A DNA stretch of 64,000 nt from Antedon mediterranea. Lineage: Eukaryota > Animalia > Echinodermata. The notes under the pieces were generated by a model. It made no database searches. It had not been told where the DNA came from and saw only the letters and a program-made list of their open reading frames with translations. This document shows, one piece after another, positions 54,101 to 64,000 of the stretch. The position numbers were made by a program, and so were the translations under genes. Position 1 is the stretch's first letter. Every line of letters starts with the position of its first letter. The stretch is taken from positions 12,710,001 through 12,774,000 of the forward strand of contig NC_092671.1 in the NCBI RefSeq assembly GCF_964355755.1, in the 5' to 3' direction.

Positions 54101-57100
54101 CGCCTTTATTTTAATTTTTATCATTATGACGTCATCAAAATGAACACGAAGATAGCAATTTTGGAAGGAATTTATCAACAACATATTAACGTGTAGAAGA
54201 ATTTGGATGCGTAGAATATAGATGCGCGCTATTTTAAATGAACTATGACGCAAAAGATAAAAATACGACTTTTATAATTCAACTGGCCATAAAATGATGT
54301 CACAACATCCGATACGCAACATTTTTACATGAATTCGTATCTAGAATTCAACATCTTCCAGAAAACGTTTCATGAGGGTCACTTTTCCTCCATTTGTCAG
54401 GATGAGTTTTGCTTACGCGCGCAAGATACAGGCTGCTCGCTTTGAGATCCCTCTAAGGCATATCCTCTTATCGGAACTTTTGCAATTACCCGACTTAAAA
54501 AATGGACGAGTCCTTAGTTCATTCGGCAATCTACATCGTTTGGTAAAGCAGGTTGTTCGTTTATCAATGTACGTTGTCCGTTTGTAAAAAATACGTTGTT
54601 CGCGTAAAAGTAGGTTGTTCGTTTTTTAAAGTACGTTGTTTGTTTTAAATTTGTTTGTTCGTTTGTGAAAGTATGTTGTTCGTTTGTAAAAGTACGTTCT
54701 TTGTTTTAATTTAGATCGTTCGTTTGTGAAAGTAGGTTGTTCGTTTTTGAAAGTAGGTTTCGTTTGTGAAAGTACGTTGTTTGTTTGTGAAAGTACGTTG
54801 TTTGTTTTACTTTTGTATTTTTGGCGGCGATTGCCTTCCATACAAGATACTGTATGCCAAGTTGATGTACAGTATAACATATCACTATTACTACTGAGAT
54901 TAGTTTTAAGCATTTGAGCATAAATAGGAGAATAGTAGGCCTAGTTTTAATTCTTGTAGGCCTACGATACAAACAGTTTTCAACACAAAAATGTATGAAC
55001 TTATATAGACTAAATCATTATTAGTTATTCACTTCTACTGAACCATTTTGAACATCCAGGTCCCTAATACAATATTACTCATTGGAATAAACCTGTATAT
55101 GATTTCCTTTCTGATAAAGCAGAGGATATATCAGGCACAGATTAAGCACATTAAAAACCCAATGTGCATTCTAATAACCCGGATTAGTCAGTGCCACCAA
55201 GAGGCATCGGCAATGATCTAAAAAAGTTATTTCGATGTTAGGCTTGCTATAATGCAATGTAATGTTATAACATGTCTTTTATTGCTATTGCTATTGTACT
55301 ATTGGTTAAATATACGTGTGTGTTATAAGATTGATGGTTATGATGTGCTTATAGTCTCCCAGGGTTAACAAAGTCTAACCTGTTTTTCCGACAACAACAA
55401 CTTCATTTCGATTCTAGAACGTAGTTAGACATTACTATTTTCGCTATTAATTATTAAGTCTTAAATATTTAAATGAAGTCGTATTAAAATGAAGTCTTAT
55501 TAAAATCAATAATATTGCAGTAGTAAACTACATGGTAAAAATATGTCCTTAGTAGGAGGAATGGCCTTCCAGACATACCCCTGTGTGTAATCTGTCTAAA
55601 CACCATTATACTCCATTGTATGTCAGTTGTTTTGTTCTCCAACAAACTCGAATACTGAAGGTACATTATTTTGTTTGTTAATCCACTTCTTTTTCTCTTG
55701 TATTTACATTGATACTGAGTTTGGTTCTTAAGTCAATTAGTAAAGTATTGTTAACCACTCGTGCATTTACCATTATTTACAAGGGAATGTGTCTCATAAG
55801 TGAGACATTTCGTTTATATGGTATCTCCAATCTAACCTCGAAAAAGAAAATCCCGTTATTGTATAAAACTAACAAGAGCAAACTTTAATACGTATATTGC
55901 TTTTATTAGATGGAAATGTATACTATTTTTAATTAGTGTAGCAAGTTATTTTGTTTTCATCGGTATGAATAAATGTAAATGGATATGTTTTATTAAAAGA
56001 TCATGAAATCAGAAATTCGGTTAGAGTCATTATTAATTATTAATTAATATTATTATTATTATCAATTTATAATTACAGAAAACAGCAATTGCATTACGAG
56101 CGATCCATCGAATGAACGTCTTAACGATGTTTGGAGGAAAGTCTGAATCTAATTCTGCTGGAAAATCAACCACACTGGAGAAACCAGACGAACTTAGTTC
56201 GACCGAAGAACAGAAACCATCCACTAAACGTGTATCGCGATTAAGACGACGAAACAGCATTGTTGATGAAGTCAGACAAAAGTTTGAACCGAATAACAAC
56301 GACCCATCCATTGGCATTGATGTTTTCAAAGAAACGATGTTTACAAAGGACAAAACAAGAACCATAATGGCAGAGAAAACACAAACATTTACAAAGTACC
56401 AGATGCCTTCGGCTATACTCGACACTTTGAAAGACCAATGTGTTTGTAAAGGAGACACTGTAAAGTTTATCTGCAAAATTAATGGCAATCCAAGGCCCGA
56501 AGTTTGCTGGTTTAAAAACGGTGACGTCATCGATGAAAATAATCATTTCAAATTCGAGTTTGATGATATATGTCGATATTCTTTGATAATCAACCATGTG
56601 ACTGAAGATGATTTTGGTCGGTATTCAATCAAAGCAAGCAATACACTAGGTGAATGTGAATCTTCAGCTAACCTGTGCAAAAAGGGTGAGTTTTTTTTAA
56701 TTAATTTAAACGAAATGTATTATTTTTAATAGCGCCCCCTATTTAAACTATGTTATAGTTGTGAAAAGTTTCCGCTTTTTTCAAGTAAACAGATTCAATC
56801 ATCATGCGTACGGTATTAACTTAAAGTGAAAAACACCACTAGAAATTCCTATTGACAACCTGATATTAATAATTTTTCTCTTTTTTTCTTCATTGGATTA
56901 TCACTACTGCTATGATTTCCGGGTTCAATCAATAGATCAGTGAATTGTAATTATCTACAAAATAAATACTAAACATATCAATTAGTTATTTTGCATTAGG
57001 CCTACAATTGACAAAAGAATTAACGTTTATATGCATAGCCATTGTCATAGATTCGAAAACACTAATTAAAATTAGTCTGAAACTTTGTATGTGAACTTTA

Positions 57101-60100
57101 GTAGTAGCATTGAAATTAAACAATTGTTCAAATGCATTGAGACACTTTTGAAATAATACATTGAGACCCTTTTGATACTAATCGATTCAGGATTAGGTTT
57201 GAAATGTGACCCGGCAGCAAGTGGTATAAAGGAACAAAGTGTTTTTTTGTTTACGCTTTATTATCAATATAGTTTTTTTCATAGTAATAGTCATATTCAT
57301 GTTTAGAAAGTACATACGAGCTCATTGTAGAAATAACATTTGCATGCTGAATTTTAGGAATAATAAAGAGCAGGGGAAATTTATCGGTGACAATAAATAA
57401 AAGTGTATTGAAGAAAACACACAAAGTTAGGATTAAAATTATTTTATCGGTTTCTTTGAAATAATTCACATAACAATACAATTATAAAACTTCTGGATTG
57501 CTATTGGTCCTAAAATTAAATACTCTATGTTCTTATAAAGTGATTTCTAGGATTTATGGAAAAACAAATGTGTAGTGAAACTATTGGACCTTTCACATTT
57601 CTAGGCCTAATAGTAAACTATATAACTTTGATTATTTTATGAGATAAACATTTGTATTAATGATGTCATGGAACATATTTCAAATTTTACCCGAAGGAAC
57701 CATTTTACTGTTGTACTAGTTTGATAGACATAAACTTAACATAACATTGTTCACCTTTCTTCGTGAATTTGTCTCTAAATCACTCAACTTTAGAACTTAC
57801 AATATACAATTGTATGTTAGAACTCCTTAACATATTTCATTTCAATAATCCTTGTCGTAAATCTGGGTGTCAAAGAGTGTTGTTGGTAGCGTGTATATAT
57901 TATTTATTTGTGTTTCAAGTTTGATCTTTGATTTAATCACGTAGATTCTGTAACAATGCCCAGTCTGTAACAATGGACCTAATGAATAAAGAAATTTAAA
58001 ACTTGCTGAGCATTTATAACTATTGTACTGAGCCTACCACGGTGCCACTTTTCTTTATAGGCCTATCATCAACATTTAATAGTTTGGTATCAGTAATTAA
58101 TTTATGTGGTAATTCCCTTTCGATCTCAATATTATAAAAATATTCAACAATATTTTGAAAACACATCTACAAAATAAATACTAAACATATCAATTAGTTA
58201 TTTGGCATTAGGCCTACAATTGACAAAAGAATTAACGTTTATATGCATAGCCATTGTCATAGATTCGAAAACACTAATTAAAATTAGTCTGAAACTTTGT
58301 ATGTGAACTTTAGTAGTAGCATTGAAATTAAACAATTGTTCAAATGCATTGAGGCACTTTTGAAATAATACATTGAGACCATTTTGATACTAATCGATTC
58401 AGGATTAGGTTTGTAATGTGACCTGGCAGCAAGTGGTATAAAGGAACAAAGTGTTTTTTTGTTTACGCTTTACTATCAATATAGTTTTTTTCATAGTAAT
58501 AGTCATATTCATGTTTAGAAAGTACATACGAGCTCATTGTAGAAATAACATTTGCATGCTGAATTTTAGGAATAATAAAGAGCAGGGGAAATTTACCGGT
58601 GACAATAAATAAAAGTGTATTGAAGAAAACACACAAAGTTAGGATTAAAATTATTTTATCGGTTTCTTTGAAATAATTCACATAACAATACAATTATAAA
58701 ACTTCTGGATTGCTATTGGTCCTAAAATTAAATACTCTATGTTCTTATAAAGTGATTTCTAGGATTTATGGAAAAACAAATGTGTAGTGAAACTATTGGA
58801 CCTTTCACATGTCTAGGCCTAATAGTAAACTATATAACTTTGATTATTTTATGAGATAAACTTTTGTATTAATGATGTCATGGAACATATTTCAAATTTT
58901 ACCCGAAGGAACCATTTTACTGTTGTACTAGTTTGATAGACATAAACTTAACATAACATTGTTCACCTTTCTTCGTGAATTTGTCTCTAAATCACTCAAC
59001 TTTAGAACTTACAATATACAATTGTATGTTAGAACTCCTTAACATATTTCATTTCAATAATCCTTGTCGTAAATCTGGGTGTCAAAGAGTGTTGTTGGTA
59101 GCGTGTATATATTATTTATTTGTGTTTCAAGTTTGATCTTTGATTTAATCACGTAGATTCTGTAACAATACCCAGTCTGTAACAATGGACCTAATGAATA
59201 AAGAAATTTAAAACTTGCTGAGCATTTATAACTATTGTACTGAGACTACCACGGTGCCACTTTTCTTTATATCATCAAAATTTAATAGTTTGGTATCAGT
59301 AATTAATTTATGTGGTAATTCCCTTTCGATCTCAATATTATAACAATATTCAACAATATTTTTAAAACACATCCGCGTTAATAAATAGTACTGTAAATAC
59401 AAATAAAAAACCATTCGGCATCCGGCAAGCCAGCCAAATAAACTAAAGAGGTACACTATCATTACACCTGCTAATTAAACCAGTGTTATACTCGGGCTCT
59501 ACAATCTTCTTCCTTTCCAATACCGATTAACGTCTACCACATACAAAAACAACATTAATGGGCAATTAAAACGAGATGAAAGAATGTGCATAGTAAACTC
59601 AATGGTTTTAAAGTATAGGGGTATAATGGTTAAGTGGATTCCAATACTATGACGATATCCTCTACCGTCTTGCTGTGCTTAAATTTATTCTATCATGGCC
59701 CCGGCGTGTTACTTTCCAAAAGCGGTGTATAACACTACTGTATAGGTAAATGCATTTTATATAGGCTACCGTAATTGGACAACAACATCAGAAAACTCTA
59801 TCAGTGTATTCGCAATTAACGCAGAAAATCAAAATTAGGCCTACTACAGTATATGTAATATAGGTCTCATTTATTTCATTGGGCCGTAGAGGCTGTTGAC
59901 GATAGAAAAGATTATATCACAATGTTATTTTGATCAGGTGTATTTACTTTTTAATTAGTTCAAATCTGTATGATTTATTGTTTCACCTGTTGAATAAAAT
60001 GTGACGTATTCGTTGAAAGCACATTCCAGCTCCAACCGAGAAATCAATGGAGCCACATCGTGATAAAAAACATCGGCAATATCTAAATTATTTAAGCAAA

Positions 60101-63100
60101 CAACTGTTACCATGGCAGCTACAGAAACTATGAATCCATCTATTGAGATTTATAGAATCCGATGAAGAAATACGGAATGGATTTCAGATTTGACAGGTTG
60201 TTCAGAGGGCATCTAAAGAGAGGGCATGATGATATTGTAGCTTTGTACAGACGTCTGATCTAAAAACAAGATTTCAAATTCTAATTAATCTCAAGCAATG
60301 CCTCAACATCATGCGTTGAAAAAAATACAGATTTAAAAGGATTATGTCTACTATGTGTATGACTATGATGATTGATATACAGAAAACATGTGAAAAAACT
60401 ATATTTTTATATTAATACTATTATTATTTAGCAATATAATAATTAGGCCTATTAATAATATATTTTAAACTATTTCGTAATGATACTGTAATAAAATAAT
60501 GTTATTAAAGAGCAATGGAGCTTAGTAACTTTACACAAGAATACGTTTAAATTTAAATCAATTAACTTTAATATAAATACTGTACTGTGTTGGTGTAATA
60601 CTGTAAATATACACTGATTAAAAGGAAAAAAAGAATACAGTAACTTATACATACTTTGTATATTGAAACAAAAAAAAACAATTATTGTCTTTTAAAACTA
60701 CATCTCTACCCTTAAATGAAAATAGAATCGTCCATGTTATCAAGTTACGCTTCATGGGAGTAGCTACTTGTATGAAATTAAGAAGCTCATAACACCATTC
60801 CATTCTGTTAGCAGTGAACTCAAACTTGTTTTGGCTCCTGTATCTAATATAGGGGATACGGTGAGTTGCCGTGGTTTGCTCGGATGTTTTATGCATCAAT
60901 TTATGTGAATACTTTTTATTGATCATTGATTAGAATTGTCAGAGGATATAAGAAAGGAGTTTTCTGAAGAGTCCCAATCAAGTTCACAGAAACATTCACC
61001 AGATAAACAAAAAAGGTAAGCAGTTAAAAATGGCTATATTTATAATTTGGTATAAAAATATATGAGTATGTTATTCTCAATTAACTATTATATTTTTCAT
61101 TTATATTATTTGAACAAACATTTCGCATGAATTTAGGTAAATTAAATACATAATGTTGATACTTGATACGGTAAACACGATCGTTCCACCCGATTATTCG
61201 AAGGTCCGGGTTCAAATCGTTGAACGTTCTAATATAACCTGACAAGTTATATGCGTAGAAGATTGCAATATAAGGGTTTTAACGACGGTAAAAAAGTGCT
61301 CACTTGGTTTTAAACGGACTAAGCTTGTCACTAGGTAATGTTAGCTATTATTAAAAAGTAGAAACGAGAGCAGGTTCAGTTAAAATATGTTTGTCATTTC
61401 GATCAAACTTTTATTTATGTCGTATCTTCAAAATCTGGTTTTGATTAAAATGAAGTTCTAGACCGCCACACCTTAACACTGATAATGCCATATCGGTAGA
61501 AAAATTCACAGCAGTGGTCCACATAAACTGATTCTAAAATAGGATGGAATAATTCTGGAAAAATTTGTTTCGACTGATTTGTCTGCGTCATCGCAATACG
61601 AGGGATCGCATTGTCAGTTAATACACTCTTCAAGGGTGGTGGGTGTCTTGGATTGTGTTTCATTTCGACTCGGATACCTACTGCTTATATATTAGTAACA
61701 TAATGCGACTTCGAATCAAAATTTAACCTGTTAAATCGGCATACCATTCGGATTTAACAATAAATAAAATCACGAAATATATTATATAAAATAAATTACT
61801 TTTTTAATGAATTGTTTGGTAAGATGATATGCATTCGAATCAAATACTGATACTCATGTATATAGCATAGCATACCATTCCGAAGTTGTAATAACAAATA
61901 AAATATTTAGCAATTAATTTATCTATCATGACGTACCGTACCGGGTAGTATCCATACTCTGTGTAACATAACACGCATTCAAATAAATAATAAAGCTATG
62001 AAGAAATTGGACTTTTTCATTCTTTGGTTATTTATGAGTTTTGCGGAACTTTTCAGAATAAAAGAAAGGATCGAAACATTAATTAAAAAGAAAACTAAAC
62101 GCATACTAATTATAAATTGAAATGTTCTTTCTAAATGCTATCTTAGGAATGTGAAGAATAAGGAAACCAATAGGGACCATCTTAACACTCTTCCCGATTT
62201 TTAAGGCCGAAATTTAGACACTTCATGGCCTTGACATTAATACGACTGTCATTGACATTACATATTCTATCTCCACACAGTTCAATAACATGTGGAGAAA
62301 TATTTTGCCCTCAAAATGCATAGTACTATCCTACTCGATCTGAAACACCGGATGCCATGCAATTCTGATCCATATTTGGTCATAGGGTAAACCGAGGCGC
62401 TTGTGTTTACATTGTGGTTGTAATTCTGCCTTACGGTCTTGTGCGCGAAACGAACATTACTGTTTTACTCGTCAAAATCACAGTGTAGTATTTACAAACC
62501 AAACATACGTAGTAGATTCTGTACTTCGAAACACAATTTACAGGGAATTTCTAGGGAGTTATCGGCTAATTTAGTCTTTGAGCATATTGCCCTAGTAAAG
62601 TACCATGCTATTTGAAAAGACGTAAATCTTTTATTTTAAAAGGTTTGGAATGCTCATCGGTGTAAATGTATACAGTTGATGATTAATGGATGTCGAAAAA
62701 TATTAACTGTCAATCTTTACCTAGAATAAGAAGTAATAAATCAGTTATTTTCTTGTTTCTTTTAAAATATATATTCTTATTTATTTCCTATTTTGTATGA
62801 AAATAGCAATCAGGTCTATAAAGGTCATGTCATTTTATATTTTAGTTATTAATCATTGTAGTTTAAACAAAGCTATTCATTTAGCATATAATATTTTAAA
62901 GAATATTTTCTTGTTATTTATCAGTTTCTGCAATTTAACAAGGGATTTTACTAAAGAACCGGTCATACCAAAATCTGAACAGTCTTCATATTGTGACGTC
63001 ACCGATCGTGCTGCGCCACCCAGCGTTTCAAAGACACCACCGTCGATACTTATATCACGGAATTTAGTCCCATCTAGTACTATAAAAGCCCTCGTATCAC

Positions 63101-64000
63101 GTTGGAGAGAAACTGCTAAATCACGATCATCAACACGACCAGTAGTTTCTCTATGCGCTCGGACACCTGGAAAATTATCCACCAACATAGTCAAACGCTT
63201 TTCTAATACAGAAATACAAGGTGCGAATACAGTAGATAGTGGTATTACTGAGAAAAAACAAGTTAATGAAGAAGAAAACAATTCACACAAAGAGCAACAC
63301 ACTCCCGAAGATTTAAGAAATACATCAAACATATCACCGCTTGTTATTCCAAAACGATCAATACCAGTTCGACATACATATTCAGCTCCTACAGCTTCTA
63401 GAAAAACAACAAACAAGGAACAGACCAAACCACAAACTAGTAGGAATAAAAATTCATCAATTAAAAGTCCCAGCAAAAGGGTACCGTTTGGTCAGGTTGG
63501 TGTTATTTCTTCGAAACTCGAAGCAAAGCCAAATAAGGAAGCTTCTGCGAACACATTTCAAAGAAAGATAATTAAAACCAATAAAGACATATCGGAGATA
63601 TCAAAACGATTTTCATTAACAGTACCTGAGAATCGAAGTAAAATTCCTGGACATCTGAAGCCTAAAGAACACGTCAATACATCAAAATCAAAAGACATAA
63701 ATAAGCCAAAACCTACGCGCCCTCGATCAGAAATTGTTAAAACTAAAACCGAAAAGTTAAGTCCAAAAAGACGGGGATCGAACCAAAGTTCTACCGGTTT
63801 GATTAAACCTACCCAGAACGGAGCCTCATTTAAGGAAATATCTAAGAACAAAGAAGCCGAACCGTCTTTGAAAAAGAAAAAGGAACCCCGACTATCATTA
63901 AAAGAACCCCCAGGACCAACGACAACAGAAAACAATCACAAATCAAGGGTTCCAGTGTCTCCTAGATCAAGTTTAGCATATGCAAAACAAAAACTACAAG
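36812..64000 (+). CDS. MYLK: Myosin light chain kinase-like protein (kinase, calmodulin-binding segment, Ig I-set domain, long S/T/K/P-rich tail); 3'-incomplete, possibly 5'-incomplete
   Basis: Phase-consistent exons: 36810(ATG 36812)-36900, 38484-38687, 39335-39676, 40191-40343, 41123-41246, 56079-56685, 60934-61015, 62925->64000. Motifs: [74 protein letters not shown]|[12 protein letters not shown], and Ig [15 protein letters not shown]...[12 protein letters not shown]. The symbol denotes the family, not proven orthology. Confidence 0.92.
39846..40013. mobile_element. Palindromic MITE in an MLCK intron
   Basis: TTTCACACCTGTTCCGG ... CCGGAACAGGTGTGAAA, with inner inverted arms CAATGTTTCGTTTTCACG / CGTGAAAACGAAACATTG. 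A related copy lies at 43545-43692. Confidence 0.8.
41275..41651 (+). repeat. Left TIR (377 bp) with internal ~21-bp tandem units AACGTACTTTCACAAACGAAC
   Basis: Reverse complement of 53113-53510, apart from a few substitutions and one 21-bp unit. Confidence 0.95.
41913..48794 (+). CDS. Transposon-borne HECT-type E3 ubiquitin ligase-like protein (G2E3-like HECT, C2HC zinc finger), ~641 aa, 11 exons
   Basis: Phase-consistent exons without stops: 41913-41997, 43057-43202, 44102-44156, 44306-44468, 45177-45468, 45816-45919, 46068-46181, 46435-46832, 47017-47159, 47879-48056, 48547-48794. HECT motifs: [48 protein letters not shown] (catalytic Cys), and terminal FGIV* (Phe at -4). Zinc finger CHVC-x11-H-x3-C. 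The first three exons are less certain. Confidence 0.88.
43545..43692. mobile_element. Truncated copy of the palindromic MITE, inside an intron of the transposon's HECT gene
   Basis: TAAAGGGCCTTTCACACCTGTTCCGGCACGGTTTCGG...AAACATTGGCGTTCAATTGGATTT aligns by eye with 39846-39984. The right end is missing. Confidence 0.75.
49684..53059 (-). CDS. DDE transposase/integrase (IS3/rve-like core with N-terminal HTH), ~481 aa, 5 exons
   Basis: Exons 53059-52744, 51943-51773, 51178-50992, 50904-50349 and 49899-49684 (TAA) join in phase. Motifs: [29 protein letters not shown], and catalytic [24 protein letters not shown] / VRADMGVEN / [11 protein letters not shown]. Confidence 0.93.
49983..50273. mobile_element. 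hAT-like MITE in the last transposase intron
   Basis: TIR CAACGGCGCAGATCC / GGATCTGCGCCGGTG, flanked by CTTACATG (49975-49982) and CTTACGTG (50274-50281), an 8-bp TSD with one mismatch. Confidence 0.75.
53113..53510 (-). repeat. Right TIR (398 bp)
   Basis: Inverted copy of 41275-41651 with one extra 21-bp unit (GTTGTTCGTTTGTGAAAGCAC duplicated). Confidence 0.95.
53635..54842. mobile_element. Non-autonomous 1,208-bp member of the same IS3EU-like family, in opposite orientation
   Basis: Same TATGGAAGGCAATCGCC termini, with its own perfect 6-bp TSD CAAGAT (53629-53634, 54843-54848). Segment ~54392-54485 is a diverged reverse complement of ~41765-41846. No transposase remnant recognised. Confidence 0.92.
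56953..59373. repeat. Two-copy tandem duplication, 1212-bp period, in an MLCK intron
   Basis: ATCTACAAAATAAATACTAAAC starts at 56953 and 58165. Near-identical spurious ORFs at 57251 and 58463 are offset by 1212. Confidence 0.95.

Noticed and set aside
53424-54972. ORFs with FVCESTL / TTYFHKR repeats
   Set aside because: They are translations of the 21-bp TIR units.
62877-63935. Minus-strand ORFs of 199 and 125 aa
   Set aside because: They are antisense shadows of the uninterrupted plus-strand exon starting at 62925.

Overview
AT-rich animal (invertebrate, probably marine) genomic DNA with GT-AG introns. It has five main parts. (1) Two satellite arrays at 1-7030, separated by a Helentron/HINE-type end, with a 5'-truncated LINE inside the first array. 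(2) A 33-exon minus-strand gene (7321-22474, about 2087 aa by my exon walk) for a secreted protein with EAR/EPTP-like repeats at both ends and a long central 'GxKTF...INGVD' repeat region. (3) An 11.8-kb cluster (23131-34922) of a 1.4-kb non-autonomous Helentron/HINE-like element: one full copy, then six stacked 5' heads, then seven headless bodies, which suggests nested self-insertion. (4) A plus-strand myosin light chain kinase-like gene from 36812 to beyond the window end. (5) Inside one MLCK intron, a 12.2-kb DNA transposon (41275-53510) with ~380-400 bp TIRs and a perfect 6-bp TSD. It carries an intact 5-exon IS3-like DDE transposase and a convergent, intact 11-exon HECT E3 ubiquitin ligase-like gene with a zinc finger and an unusually short N-lobe. 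A 1.2-kb non-autonomous relative lies 124 bp away. All gene models and counts were made by eye; no database searches were run.
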